Positions 40,483 to 53,453 of a stretch of DNA of 64,000 nt are shown here, in pieces. Source of the stretch: Tubiluchus corallicola (taxonomy: Eukaryota > Animalia > Priapulida); the NCBI GenBank assembly GCA_030141605.1, contig JAQGDQ010000513.1, positions 62,001 to 126,000 of the forward strand, in the 5' to 3' direction. Each line of letters starts with the position of its first letter. Position 1 is the stretch's first letter. The translations under genes were made by a program, and so were the position numbers. Under the pieces are notes generated by a model. It was not told where the DNA came from and did no database searches. It worked only from the letters and a program-made list of their open reading frames with translations.

Positions 40483-40949
40483 AATAAACAATTTTTAAAA
40501 ATGACGATGATCGTACATAAAATTTTGTCAGGTTTCACATATCCTTTGCAGATAATCTTCTAAGGGCACATTAAAATCATTAATAACTAGTTAACATTCA
40601 CATTACCAAACCTCAATGATGAGCCTTATATAGAGAATAATTTAATCATAGGAATTGTAACATATCATTGACAGATTGATGAGATCCTATCAAAATTTTG
40701 CGTCTTCACTCATATCACCTGTACTTTGGTACAATAGATTCCGAAAAGGGTTACAATAGATTCCGAAAACCCCATGAAAAGCCTAAAGTTTATTTGCCCA
40801 CTTTTATTCTCACAAGAATATTTAAAACAGGAAATTGCCTAAAACAGTTTTAATAGGTAACTAGTTTGTTTGCACCATGTCTAATTTCTCGAGAACATAA
40901 CTAACCACCAATTTCCAACATGATGCCAAGTTTGAAATAAGTAAACCAA

Positions 40950-42203
40950 CATTTTCAGATTGTTGGATCAAACGATAACCTGACCATCTCATACCCCCAT
41001 CTTAGATACCACCTGCATTTTCAGATTGTTGGATCAAATGATAACCTGACCATCTCATACCCCCATCTTAGATACCACCTGCATTTTCAGATTGTTGGAT
41101 CAAACGATAACCCGACCATCTCATACCCCCATCTTAGATATACCACCTGCATTTTCATATTGTTGGATCAAACGATAACTCGACCATCTCTTACCCCCAT
41201 CTTAGATACCACCTGCATTTTCAGATTGTTGGATCAAACGATCACCCGACCATCTCATACCCCCATCTTAGATACCACCTGCATTTTCAGATTGTTGGAT
41301 CAAACGATAACTCGACCATCTCTTACCCCCATCTTAGATACCACCTGCATTTTCAGATTGTTGGATCAAACAATAACCCGACCATCTCATACCCCCATCT
41401 TAGATACCACCTGCATTTTCAGATTGTTGGATCAAACGATAACCCGACCATCTCATACCCCCATCTTAGATACCACCTGCATTTTCAGATTGTTGGATCA
41501 AACGATAACCCGACCATCTCATACCCCCATCTTAGATACCACCTGCATTTTCAGATTGTTGGATTAAACGATAACACGACCATCTCATACCCCCATCTTA
41601 GATACCACCTGCATTTTCAGATAGTTGGATCAAACGATAACCTGACCATCTCATACCCCCATCTTAGATACCACCTGCATTTTCAGATAGTTGGATCAAA
41701 CGATAACCTGACCATCTCATACCCCCATCTTAGATACCACCAGCATTTTCAGATAGTTGGATCAAACGATAACCCAACCATCTCATACCCCCATCTTAGA
41801 TACCACCTGCATTTTCAGATTGTTGGATCAAATGATAACCTGACCATCTCATACCCCCATCTTAGATACCACCTGCATTTTCAGATTGTTGGATCAAACG
41901 ATAACCCGGCCATCTCATACCACCATCTTAGATACCACCTGCATTTTCAGATAGTTGGATCAAACGATAACCTGACCATCTCATACCCCCATCTTAGATA
42001 CCACCTGCATTTTCAGATAGTTGGATCAAACGATAACCTGACCATCTCATACCCCCATCTTAGATACCACCTGCTTTTTCAGATAGTTGGATCAAACGAT
42101 AATCCGACCATCTCATACCCCCATCTTAGATACCACCTGCATTTTCAGACTGTTGGATCAAACGATAACCCGACCATCTCATACCCCCATCTTAGATACC
42201 ACC
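40950..42203. repeat. 66-bp minisatellite, about 19 copies
   Basis: cattttcagattgttggatcaaacgataacccgaccatctcatacccccatcttagataccacctg in tandem. Confidence 0.97.
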
Positions 42204-42434
42204 TTATAAATACTTCCTAGTTCACCAGGCAATAGATTTGAATTCTGATTTTATGACAAATTTAAAAAGAAATTCTTGTTTTTGAGATATCTATTTCTAG
42301 GTATTGCTATATGATCAGTTCTTTACAGAATCACATAGTAAGTTAGTAACATTATCAGAAAGGAATGAAAATGCTACCGTGCATTAAACCGGAGGACTAA
42401 AAACTGTGGAAGAACATGTACAGTTTTGCTGTCT

Positions 42435-43039
42435 TTAAACCAAAACCTATGCAATCTTAAACTGTATGTCAAAACAATCTACTCTTTAAAATACTGTTTT
42501 TGCAAAAATGATTTACATGAAAGAATTGTTACCACACAAACACAATTTCACGTTCACTCCAGTACTTTTTGCTGTTACATGCATTTTGCCATTCGTTAGT
42601 TAGACAGGTATTAGTGCCTGCATTTCGAAAACGCATTGCACAAAAATAGGTGATGTACCTCTCACTTCATATGTGTTAGCATGTGATGAACTACACACGT
42701 TGGACAGCTCATGCGTGAGCACAGCGGTAAATTTGAAATTTGAAATTTTATCTTTAAACTTACAGAGTTTTAGTACAACACACTGAATATCTTACAGTTG
42801 TGCTGTACTTCAATTTTCGCTTTCGCAAGCACGTGTAACACGCTCGTAGAATATTTTTGCTGTTGAAAATTATGGTAGTTTGTGATGTCATCAATAGTTG
42901 ACCTCGCCCACTCTTAATTAAGTTTTTAATCTATTATTTATTTATCAGAAACACTTTTGCAGTATTAACTGTGTTAAAATGTATACTTTTTACCGGATTT
43001 GAAAATGACTATGTGAAAAATCATCCTGTCTTCCTTTAA
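42435..43039 (-). mobile_element. Family A Kolobok-like element, near full length
   Basis: TTAA at both ends. Ends catcctgtcttcctttaa. Shared family core. Confidence 0.8.
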
Positions 43040-43623
43040 ACACAGATTATCAAAACATATAACTTATTTTACATTTGCAGAACTTGATTTATGGCTCAGA
43101 TTTCACGTTCCATTCAAACTGCTTGTTCAAGTTATCAACATTTTACTTGGAAAAACTTTTGCCAATGTTCCGCTCGTCCGTATTGTGCTGCTTTATGAAT
43201 TCACTACGCTTTGCATGTTTTTATAATGAAACTGGCTCATCCTCTCTCCAACAACTCACCCATTATGTGCAGCGTAGATAAGAGTTCGATTGTGTGGCTC
43301 TCAGTTTACACAATACCGCTGAATGAAATTAAGTAGATTGAATCGCCTGTAAGCTTGCATAATAGATGATGAGCTGGGTAGTGCTAGTCTGCAGAGATTA
43401 ATACAAACCATTAATCACCATCGGGAGACTTCAAAGGCGTTGAATTGAAGTCAAATTTTAATTAAAAAGAAACAATATAATGAGCCACCATAATTATTAA
43501 TTATTAATATGAAGTTGCAAAAAAGGTTTCAGGGATCTTTGAACATGGTGCCAGATCTTTCCCTCAGAAAGCATCTAACAGGATCTTTTCTCCCGGCTGT
43601 AGTTAGTTTAATATATATATATA

Positions 43624-44285
43624 CATGGAATTGGACACTAGGAGACTAAACATGGAATTTGACCCTGGGAGATCAAACATGGAATTATGTCCTAGGAGAC
43701 TCAAACGTGGAATTAGACTTTAGGAAACTCAAACATAGAGTTTGACCCTCTGAAACTCAAACATGGAATTTGACTCTAGGAGACTCAAACATGAAATTGG
43801 ACTCTAGGAGACTCAAACATGAAATTGGACTCTAGGAGACTCAAACATGAAATTGGACTCTAGGAGACTCAAACATGGAATTTGACCCTAGGAGACTCAA
43901 ACGCGGAATTTGACTCTAGGAGACTCAAACATGGAATTTGACTCTAGGAGACTCAAACATGAAATTGGATTCTAGGAGACTCAAACATGGAATTGAACCC
44001 TATGAGACTCAGAGATGGAATTTGGCCCTAGGAGACTCAAACATTGAATTGGTCCGTAGGAGACTCAAACATGGAATCGGACCCTAGGAGACTCAAACAT
44101 AGAATTTGACCCTAGGAGACTCAGACATGGAATTGGGCCCTAGGAGACTCAGAGATGGAATCAGACCCTAGGAGACTCAGACAAGGAATTTGACCCTAGG
44201 AGACTCAGACATGGAATTTGACCCTCGGAGACTCAAACATGGAAATGGACCCTAGGAGACTCAAACGTGGATATCGACACATGAC
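43624..44285. repeat. 28-bp minisatellite, about 23 copies
   Basis: catggaatttgaccctaggagactcaaa in tandem. Confidence 0.95.
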
Positions 44286-47200
44286 TCTAACAATTCAAAT
44301 AAGAAATACAGTATAAACAATTTTTTACCAAAATGTTTAATCAGTACTTGACGCCTCACGGTATCGTGTTAATTGGGTGTAATGGGTTTTTTGTCTGCTG
44401 TACCAGGAGTATAATACACATAAGGCTGTTAAGTTGACTGGCAGTTCATCTATGAATGTATCAAGTAATTTGTCTTACACTTCAATTAAAAGACTCTATT
44501 CTACAACGTACGACGAATAGCTTCTTGCTGTGTGATGACCAACGTTTCTCTGTCTTGTTTACATCGATTAATAACATTCATGTTCATTATAATGCATACT
44601 ATATAGTGACAGCATGTCCAGTAGGATAGCCAGAGATGTTTGAAAAATTTTCACGCTGGTTTGATACCGCATTGGTTATTAGTCATCTAGGATAATTGCT
44701 AAGTGATCTCGTCTAAATCTATACGTCATTCATCAATCATTCCACTGACTGCTGTAACATAATTAATGTCTATAGTGGCTGATTATTCAATTAGGCAGAG
44801 TTTTCAAGTCGTTCAACCAAGCATGCATTAATTTTTTAATTGTTGTAATTTTGTAATACTACGCCACTTATGAAATATTTATAAAAATATTACCAACAAA
44901 GTGACGCCTATTTTATGTACGCATCTGGTTTAATATGATTAATAAAAGTTCTGAATTAAGGGGGTTTGTGCTATTTTGAAAAGGCACTGGCCCTAGGGCC
45001 ACACCTAAATAGTGAAAACATGAACACAGGTTGAGAAAAGGAGAATTTGATTTGCTGTTGTTAGGAGTTGTATTAATATTTTTGTTGAAGAAAGCGGCTG
45101 TAGTTAATAGGGACCAGTTTTCCGGTCAAGAACTCCACAGAGAAAAGGCCCGAGTGAAGAAGTCGAGTAGTTGATTCTGATTCAGGAGCCCAGTGACGGT
45201 CCTACTCGAGAATCGAGATTATCTTCCACTGAATATACAGTGATAAGACAACATATAGCGACTAGCCGGTCGAAAAGACGATGTAAATCTTTGCCATGCC
45301 TGGCCTCGTTACTGTTTCGCTGTGAGTTTTTAAATTATGAAATCGAAAAAAGTTTGTGAATAGGTACTCAGTATTAAATATATACTCATTTATGTGTTTT
45401 ATATGACTAATGTAAGTCACTTAATTTCACCATCAAACATCTTTATTCCACCTACTTTGGGACTGCAAAAAAGTTAGCAGTTATAACGACTATTGAATAG
45501 ATTGATGCTATCGAATATCGGTATTCTGCCAAAAATGTGAGCGAGGTTGGTATTATAAAGGAGGTGGGTGGATGGGGGTTAATGAGGTTAGACTTAATGT
45601 GATTGCGTTAATAGGCTTACTTTGTGGCTTGTGCAAAATGTACAAAGCCGATGGAGATTTAGTTCCCTATAAACGACTGTGGCGATTGAGTAACGTAATG
45701 AAATTATTTTCGCAACTTGTAATGCAATTCAAATTGCGCGTGTATATCATTTAATTTCACCTGGCATTGACGTGAAATTGATTCTGATACGATCATTGCA
45801 AGTCTACAGACATGTTTGTACGTAAGATACAGGCTCTGTCAGTGACACATCGATCCAAACATTTAAGAAAAATCAGTAATCTTAAATCGTGTACTTACGA
45901 ATATTGATTGAGACATTGTTTAGCACTTGCTTACCATTAGGTCTAGCTTTACTACATATAACTTTCAAATGAACTTAACGTTCATTTCACGGCATCTTTC
46001 GCTCTTATTTTCATCATTTCCTAGTTTTACGAGTTTGCGCTTAGCATCCGCTATATGGCTCCTATCATTAAATATCTAGTTCCGGCGCTAATAGTAGTAT
46101 TTTCCCCATCACTGGCTTCCCGCAAGCATCTTGCAGGTCGCGTGGCAACGTGCAGCAGCGAAGCGCACGCTGATTATTTGTGTAGTGTACGGTTTTCTAG
46201 TTGGTTTTGAGAAGCTTCACACTTGTTTCTCGGGACTCTCATAAATTGTACGGAACGGGACGTGCAGCTGTTCTCGCCAGTAATACAACAGCAGTCGGCG
46301 GGCGGATTACATGTAAACTAGTTTCGAATTTATATATTTGAAGCTAGCCAGGGAGGCTGTTTTATTCATATGGCGACAGGTTGGTGTTTTTATTCATCAG
46401 TCGTTTATATATTACAGCAGCTGAGTTTGTATTTTTGTTGAATTTGTCTTGGTGGTTTCCAACGCGTTTTTTAGGCGTGCACTTGGAAAAAAGACATTTG
46501 CTTGTGTATTCTCACGATCTTCTTCATGAGTGCAATTCATTACAGAATCATTTTTTCTGAGTATGGACTATTAACGTTAAGATTTCATTAGAATTTAAAG
46601 GTAGTTTACATTTTCATTAACTAAAGGCTTTTCATACCTGTGGTCTAGACATGTTCTGTATTTTAGTTTGAATATTTTAGAAAGGTATTTGGGCAGATAT
46701 GTGAAAAGATTACTGATCGTTATGAATTTCTTAATGTTTCATATTTTAGCTACATGTGTCTACACCATTGGTTGGCGGATTGTCTTCGTCATTGTAATTA
46801 TTTAGACTTGAACAGCTGAACTTGATTGAGCTATAATTGATATATAAACGTGCTCACAATTGGGAAGTATTTAAAACGCGTTTGGCTAGTATAATCATGC
46901 TTTCATTAACGACGAGATTAATTGTTTACATTTTCGTTGTTTGCATATCAGGCTACGATAATTTTGATGAATTGCTTCTTTCATTAAAGAAAAGTGCTGC
47001 TGACAAGTTTAAGAATGAACGTGTTATTGGAATGTCTTTTTTTAACACAAGATGTCAGTCTCTGTCCCGTCAGAAGATTCTGACGGCTACTTCCGAGTTC
47101 CGTGGTTAAAAACACATTTTGGGGGCAGGTGGTGCATATTTACTGCTGTAGAAACTAAGAAATATGTAAACAAACGCTTTTATCGCTTTTACGTTGTTTC

Positions 47201-47329
47201 CGCGCGTCGTATTTCCACTTCGGCTGATTTTTTAAACTTGAAGTTTTCTCAAATTCGCAAACGTTTGCCGATCGTCTAGATCTTTGCTGAAATTCAACTA
47301 GCGCTCGGCTGCTTCCGTGTTGCGCGGTG

Positions 47330-47610
47330 CGTAAAAGAGACGTGAATTCTCAGGTACTGATAAGCTGTGTTAGTTTCGTGGCAGTCTTATAATAATACTT
47401 CGTGAACTTGCAGTGCTACTGGGATTTGTAGAGTGTAGATAGCAATTAAATTACACACACACGCACGCACGCACGCACGTAAAAAGACGTGAATTATCAG
47501 GTACTGATAAGCTGTGTTAGTTTCGTGGCAGTCTTATAATAATACTTCGTGAACTTGCAGTGCTACTGGGATTTGTAGAGTGTAGATAGCAATTAAATTA
47601 CACACACACA
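47330..47610. repeat. Tandem duplication of about 147 bp ending in CA/GCAC repeats
   Basis: gacgtgaatt.tcaggtactgataagctgtg...gcaattaaattacacacac twice. Confidence 0.9.
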
Positions 47611-48060
47611 TGCACACGCGCACACACTCACACTCACGCACGCCCCCCCCACACACACACGTGCACACCCTCATATATAAGCATGTACTTATATTTAGAA
47701 ACCAGTTTTCACAAAACACACAATACTAATCCATAATATGCGATCATTTTATAAGAATGCAGAACAGTCAGCTAAACATACGTTTCATCAATGATCTAAA
47801 AGTGATTTTGCGTGGGAACGTACCTTACAGTACAGTATTAAGGAATGCATCTGGCTTCAATTGCTAATTGGCTAGTTAGTGTTACTCGTTGTGAAGCAAC
47901 ACCAATCCCACGGCTGTTACATTTTCTACAATGTTTGCATGGTCATAGCAGTGAAATAAGCAGACCTGGATGACTGAGCTTAGTGTTCAGCTTGGGCAGC
48001 AGTCTACCACCTTCCGTCCCTTGCATGTCTTTAAACTGCAGGGTTAGTAGTATAAATATA

Positions 48061-48188
48061 TACACACACACACGCACGCACGCGCACAAAAACACACACA
48101 CAAACACACACACGCACACTCACACTCACACGCACACACACACAAACACACACACACACACCCGCACACGTGCGCACACACACACACT

Positions 48189-48222
<34 letters not shown>

Positions 48223-48226
48223 CACA

Positions 48227-48260
<34 letters not shown>

Positions 48261-48282
48261 ACACACACACACACACACACAC
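48061..48282. repeat. Imperfect (CA)n microsatellite
   Basis: CA run with CGCA/CTCA interruptions. Source of the spurious HT/CV ORFs. Confidence 0.95.
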
Positions 48283-48660
48283 GAGAGTCTATGTGCCAAG
48301 TGTAACGAAGTCGGTGTCGAATGCCATTTTCTTCTATTTTGCTCTAAACATAACACTGCTCGCAACTTCCTTGTAAATACAATCATACCTTCAATTTCAG
48401 ACTTACTTTTTAAATACTGACGACAAAGTAACTTGTATGATGCAATTTCGCGATGTCACTATTCAATGTGCTGTAGCTAAGTTTGTTCGTATTTGTATGT
48501 AAAATTTTGTTGTATGAATGCTTATTGTTCGACCGGCCAATAGAAAAAAAAACACTGTTGCGTGTAGATTTTGAAATGAAATTTTTTTAAGTCAGTTCAA
48601 GTGCAGCACTATATATAGTATATTTGGCCCTATTGGCCAAAAATCAATAAATTACTACTA
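48283..48660 (+). mobile_element. LINE 3' remnant (C-terminal zinc knuckle, 3' stem-loop and tail)
   Basis: LCAKCNEVGVECHFLLFCSKH resembles the CxxC...DEFHFLFxC motif at the end of many LINE ORF2s. Ends with hairpin tttggcc-ctatt-ggccaaa, AATAAA and tactacta. Confidence 0.55.
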
Positions 48661-48727
48661 TATATAGTGCAGCACTTGAACTGACTTAAAAAATTTTATT
48701 TCAAAATCTACACGCAACAGTGTTTTT
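48548..48727. repeat. Near-perfect inverted repeat (arms about 72 bp, spacer about 35 bp)
   Basis: aaaacactgttgcgtgtagattttgaaat...cactatatatagta is mirrored at 48656-48727. Confidence 0.92.
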
Positions 48728-49136
48728 CTTCCTACCTGCGTCATTGAAGCTACAAACGTCAAACTTGAGGGTCTTTACGCGTTCTTTCTGTGCATGGAAT
48801 TTATTTCTCTTATCTGTTGAGGCGTCTTTAATGATCAACTCATGATGGTAATATGTTCGGGGAGTAGGAAGGCGGCTTGCTTGTATTAGAAACACATGTT
48901 CCATACACGTGCACTGTTTTACGCATATGAACTTGGTAAGCTAAATTTTGGTGGCCTGGCGTGAGGCTTATGCTGTAAGCAATGGATGGTTTGAATTGTT
49001 GAACGTGTCTTGTTTCTAGTCAGCTTGTGTACTGTATGTCCGATTCTGTTGAAGCTTTGACGGTCAGTTCACTGTTACAGACATACCTTAGTGTTACGGG
49101 ACTTTAATACAATTTTTTGGGTCTTCGCTGACGTTA

Positions 49137-49416
49137 TTAAAGGAAGACAGAATGATTGTCATATACTACCTCATTTTCAAGTACAGTAAATAATAGATTA
49201 AAATCTAAATTAACAGCGGGCGAGTCCAATTATTGATGACATCACAAACGAACACAATTTTCAGCAGCAAAAATATTCCACGAGCGCGTTGCACGTGTTC
49301 ACGAAAGCAAAAAGCTAAAGTACAGTGCTACTGTAAGATATTCAGTGTTTTGTACTAAAATTCGGCAAGTTTTAAGATAAAAATTCAAATTTCAAATTTA
49401 CCGCTGTGCTCACGCA
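49137..49416 (+). mobile_element. Family A element, one end only
   Basis: Starts ttaaaggaagacagaatg and is truncated after ccgctgtgctcacgc. Confidence 0.75.
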
Positions 49417-49628
49417 TTCGTCACGACCTACAAGCTCATTTCTTGCAAAGTTAATGGCTTCCATACAAAAATCATGAGAAGGGTTTACATTTGTCGGATT
49501 TGTTCGCATTTTCGTAAAAGTTTAGAAAACGCAATTTAGAATATGCATTATGATGAACGGTACAACAACGTGAATCGCGTCCATTAAATGGATTTACCTT
49601 ATACACGTTGTGGGTTTCTTTTTCATAT

Positions 49629-50260
49629 TTAAAGGAAGACCAGATGAAGAAAGCTACAAACTGATGTTAAAGAAAGGATGATGTTTCATATATTACCGGT
49701 AATCAAGTCCGGTAAAAAGTATACATTTTAACACCAATAATGCTGCAAAACGTTTCTGGTAAATAAATAATAGATTAAGAACTTAATTAACCGCAGGTGA
49801 GTCCAACTATTGATCACATCACAAACTATTATAATTTTCAACAGCAAAAATATTCCACGAGCGTGTCGAACGAGTTTGTGAAAAAGAAAATTGAAGTACA
49901 TTGCTACTGTGAGATATTCACTGTGTTGTATTAAAACTAGGCAAGTTTAACATAAAAATTCAAATTTACCGCTGTGCTCACGCATGAGCTGTCGAACGTG
50001 TGCAGTACGTCATAAACTAAGACATCCGAATTGAGAGGTACAGCACCTGTTTTTGTGCAATGCGTTTCCGAAATACACGTTTAACTAGCGAATGGCGAAA
50101 CGCATGTAACAGAGAAGTACTAGTGGCGTGAACGTGAAATTGTGCTTGTGTGGTAATAATTCACGTAAGTAATTTTTGAAAAAATAGTAAACATCTTTCA
50201 ATATTTTAAACCGTATGTTGTTTTGACCTACAGTGTAAAATTGGGTCTGGTTTTGCTTTA
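49629..50260 (+). mobile_element. Family A element, near full length
   Basis: ttaaaggaagacc start, family core, ends ttgggtctggttttgcttta. Confidence 0.8.
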
Positions 50261-50838
50261 TCAGTGTTCTTATATGCTCAGATTATGAGAGGCCCCTACT
50301 TTCTGTAGTAGAACGACCAATTAATTGCTAATTAAGACTACTTTTTCACTCACCATAGGCTACTAATTGGTATCCACATTCTAAACTGCGTCTAATTCCG
50401 AAGCTTCATTTGGCTCAATTCAATTTTTCTTCAGTTCATTGCTGAAGTTTTAACAATTTGGTGGTTAAATTTGAGTAGTTTTCATTAGTTAGCGACGAAA
50501 TTTGAAAAGTTTAACACTTCTGAGTTTAATAGCTTAATATCTAGTTTTAATATTTCATTTACTTTTTCAACAACGAAGTCACAGTTTAATGACGAAGCTC
50601 TTGTTAGTCTGATGCTAAATGCTTCATTAATTTGGCAGCTTAAGTTGCTTAAATTTTCACCCATCTTAAAGCAAAACCGGATCCAATCTCAAATTGTATT
50701 ATGTGCTTTCATTTTTGTGAAGTCTGTTGTTTCTCTTCTAACTGTGTCACGAAGATTCACGGCATCATATTTATTCTCCTGTAGTATTTTTTTACTTAGC
50801 AGATAACCGAGTGAGCTAGAGTTATCGATATTTTCAAG

Positions 50839-51359
50839 CAGGGATGAGAATATTACGCGGATACGCGGAATTCCGAGTTTTTGGAAGACCAGTAGTGCCA
50901 TTTTTGTAAATCGCGTAAATTCGTTGAGAAAACTTTTACGGACCCAGTACATTATTTCGCAAGCTGACCGCTAGTTGGCAGGCCGTCACTTTGTTTACAT
51001 CACGTACATCAGTGTAACCACGTGTATATCTCTATGTATAAAAATATAGAATCAATTGTGCGGAGTTATTTGAGTCAATTGCAGACAGTTTTTATATACT
51101 TTTGCATAGGAGCGGCCAGTACTTAGGTGTTTTTGAGACAATTAGGTATCATTTGTCCTTGATAGTTGGGTATTTTAAATTATGCATGAAACAAGGTAAT
51201 TGATATTTTAAATCCACTTAGAGATCCACTCTATGGTCACAAAATTGCAATTTGTTGCTGGCTCCAAGGGGGCTCCCTTGAACCCCATTGGGGGTCTAGG
51301 TGGCCCCAAAACCCCCAACCTGTTTCAGAGTTTTTTGCAATTTGTCATTCTCATCCCTG
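50839..51359. mobile_element. hAT-like MITE with 6-bp TSD
   Basis: Perfect 13-bp TIRs cagggatgagaat and attctcatccctg. Flanked by ttcaag on both sides. Contains the inverted copy of the 28945 repeat. Confidence 0.85.
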
Positions 51360-53149
51360 TTCAAGTTTTACAGATCCACGTTAAACTTAATCATTCGTCG
51401 GAATATCCCGTAGGAGTGTGCCATCCCACGCTCTTTCAAGTGGTTTTTAAGATGATCTGCCGCTGTTCACGTGTACTTCAGTTGCATTCCAAACTTATGT
51501 TACGGAATATCTTGTGGCCAGCTTGATTATGTCTTCCATTCTTTCCGATGAACCGAAGAACTTGTTTGTGTTTGCAGAGTTTTCGTTTGTTTTGATAAGT
51601 CAATGACTTCTCCCTGTAAACTTGAAATTAGAACCGTAAACGAAGCCCTTGGTCAGTTTCGTGAGTCCTGGTGAAGTGAATGGTAAAATTATGTAACATT
51701 GCGACGTCGAAAGCTGTAGAAAAATATATAGCAGACTGCGTAAAGTGAACCACTTGTAGAAAACTTTAGCTAATAGCATAGAAGGATTGAATTTGTAGGG
51801 TAGTTTAAAGTATATTAGACTGAAGTTAGTGTAGACTGTTGTAGGCAGGTTCACTCTGGTGGTTGATACAAAGAATATGAAATTGCGTTGAACTGTGAAA
51901 GACTTAATTTCTATTTACATATTGCACTATTATTTACGGGAGAGAACAGACATGGTGACCATTCAACATCAATACTCAAGAAGAAAAAACCCCAGCTGGC
52001 CTTGGCAGAGCTACCCAAGTCACATGCACCCACTGAGCTTACCTGATTGGCTAGTAAAACACACTAGCAATCAACACTACCATACATGGGAAACCCAGCA
52101 GGTACAGGTGACTGAGCAGCACTGACCAAGGCCATAACCTGGATTAAACTTGACTCAATTCAATAATAAATAATGTTAAATGCAGGTGGCAGCACATTAA
52201 GTTATTATTCTAGTAGTTTCTAAGTTAGGAATCGCAAATGAAATGTGCGACACCAATTACTTTAGAGCCGAATTCTGAAGCTGACTGTTACTTGTTAAGA
52301 TGTGTACTGTTTCGTCACTTTATTTCAACGTGATTTAATCACCGGTCCAACGTATACCTTGTTGATTGGGATACTAATTTTCTTGATTTCCTGTTGATGA
52401 GCGTGGCTAAGCTGATTACGCTATCTATAACTGTAGGCGTTTGTGCTTTGATCAAATATCGATTAGTAAAGGAAACATTGGCTTTCCGGAGGCGTTATTA
52501 TGGAGATTTCGCCTGCTGTATTAAGAGAGGTTGATGGATGGGTAGCTGTCATCTCCAAACTGCTAACGAATGCGGCTAATCAAATTATGGGCAAGTAACG
52601 ACCTAATAATAATGTTATTTTGTTGTGGTACGTGTATCCATGTGAGAGTTTGCATCATTAATTCCGCTGTATGACATGAACAACAAGAAACCTTTTTACA
52701 CCGCACGTGTCATTTAATGTACAGTAGCGTTACAGTATCAATATAAGGACGTATTTAGTTAGTGAATCTTAATTAAAAAACATCTATTACCGTACAGTCA
52801 ATAAATTACTCCAATACGAAATAATATTTAAAAAAAAATTTTATTCTAATTTAAACGCTGGCTGCTTTTTTGCGATTTTTATAGCTTTTGGTTTTAAAAA
52901 TCAACTTTATTGTTACATATTTTACAATGTTAAAGGTGATCAAACTTCAGACTCACAGCAGTAGCATGTAAGACTCATTTATCTTAAAAGAAGTGCAAAC
53001 TAATGTTATGTAAAAAAAAGTTTAAGAATATTCATTGGTATAGTGACAATATAATGATCTAGATGTCACAATCAAATGTCGGAACTTTCAAAGCTAAAGG
53101 ATAAGCAGATAAACTTCAAAGTTTCGTTGTGCGCATGCGCATTTACTGC

Positions 53150-53453
53150 AGGTCAAAGGTTAAGTGTGCCACAGCAACGCGTCTCTAAACAAATGTCATG
53201 TAACATGTGGGTAAAGCAAAGCCGTCTGCCGCTTCAGTTCAGCAACTTCAGTTGTTTTACGTGGACTTTACTTAGTTATACATTAGTCTGCGCGTAGAGT
53301 GGTTTACTAGCAGGATCTTGCTTGGGAACAAGAAAAATGAACTAGGTAAGGTTCTAGCTAGCTGTTAAAACTGCTACTATTACAACGGAATGGGCTGCAA
53401 GGCGTTGTCAAGTGTACACAAGTGCGTTGTCTGGTACACTTAACCTTTGACCT
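53150..53453 (-). mobile_element. Second copy of the aggtcaaaggtta-IR element
   Basis: Reverse complement of 29515-29765 with indels. Confidence 0.8.

Noticed and set aside
41160-41567. 135-aa repetitive ORF
   Set aside because: By-product of the 66-bp unit. Neighbouring units carry stops and a frameshift.
47983-48420. HT/CV-rich ORFs
   Set aside because: Translations of a (CA)n microsatellite.
50290-50838. Minus-strand coding-like stretch (possible LINE ORF1 remnant)
   Set aside because: Multiple stops and no diagnostic motif. The ORF-track entry is chimeric with the hAT MITE.
51895-52180. Possible RTE-type LINE 3' remnant
   Set aside because: Only vague motif resemblance, not supportable.
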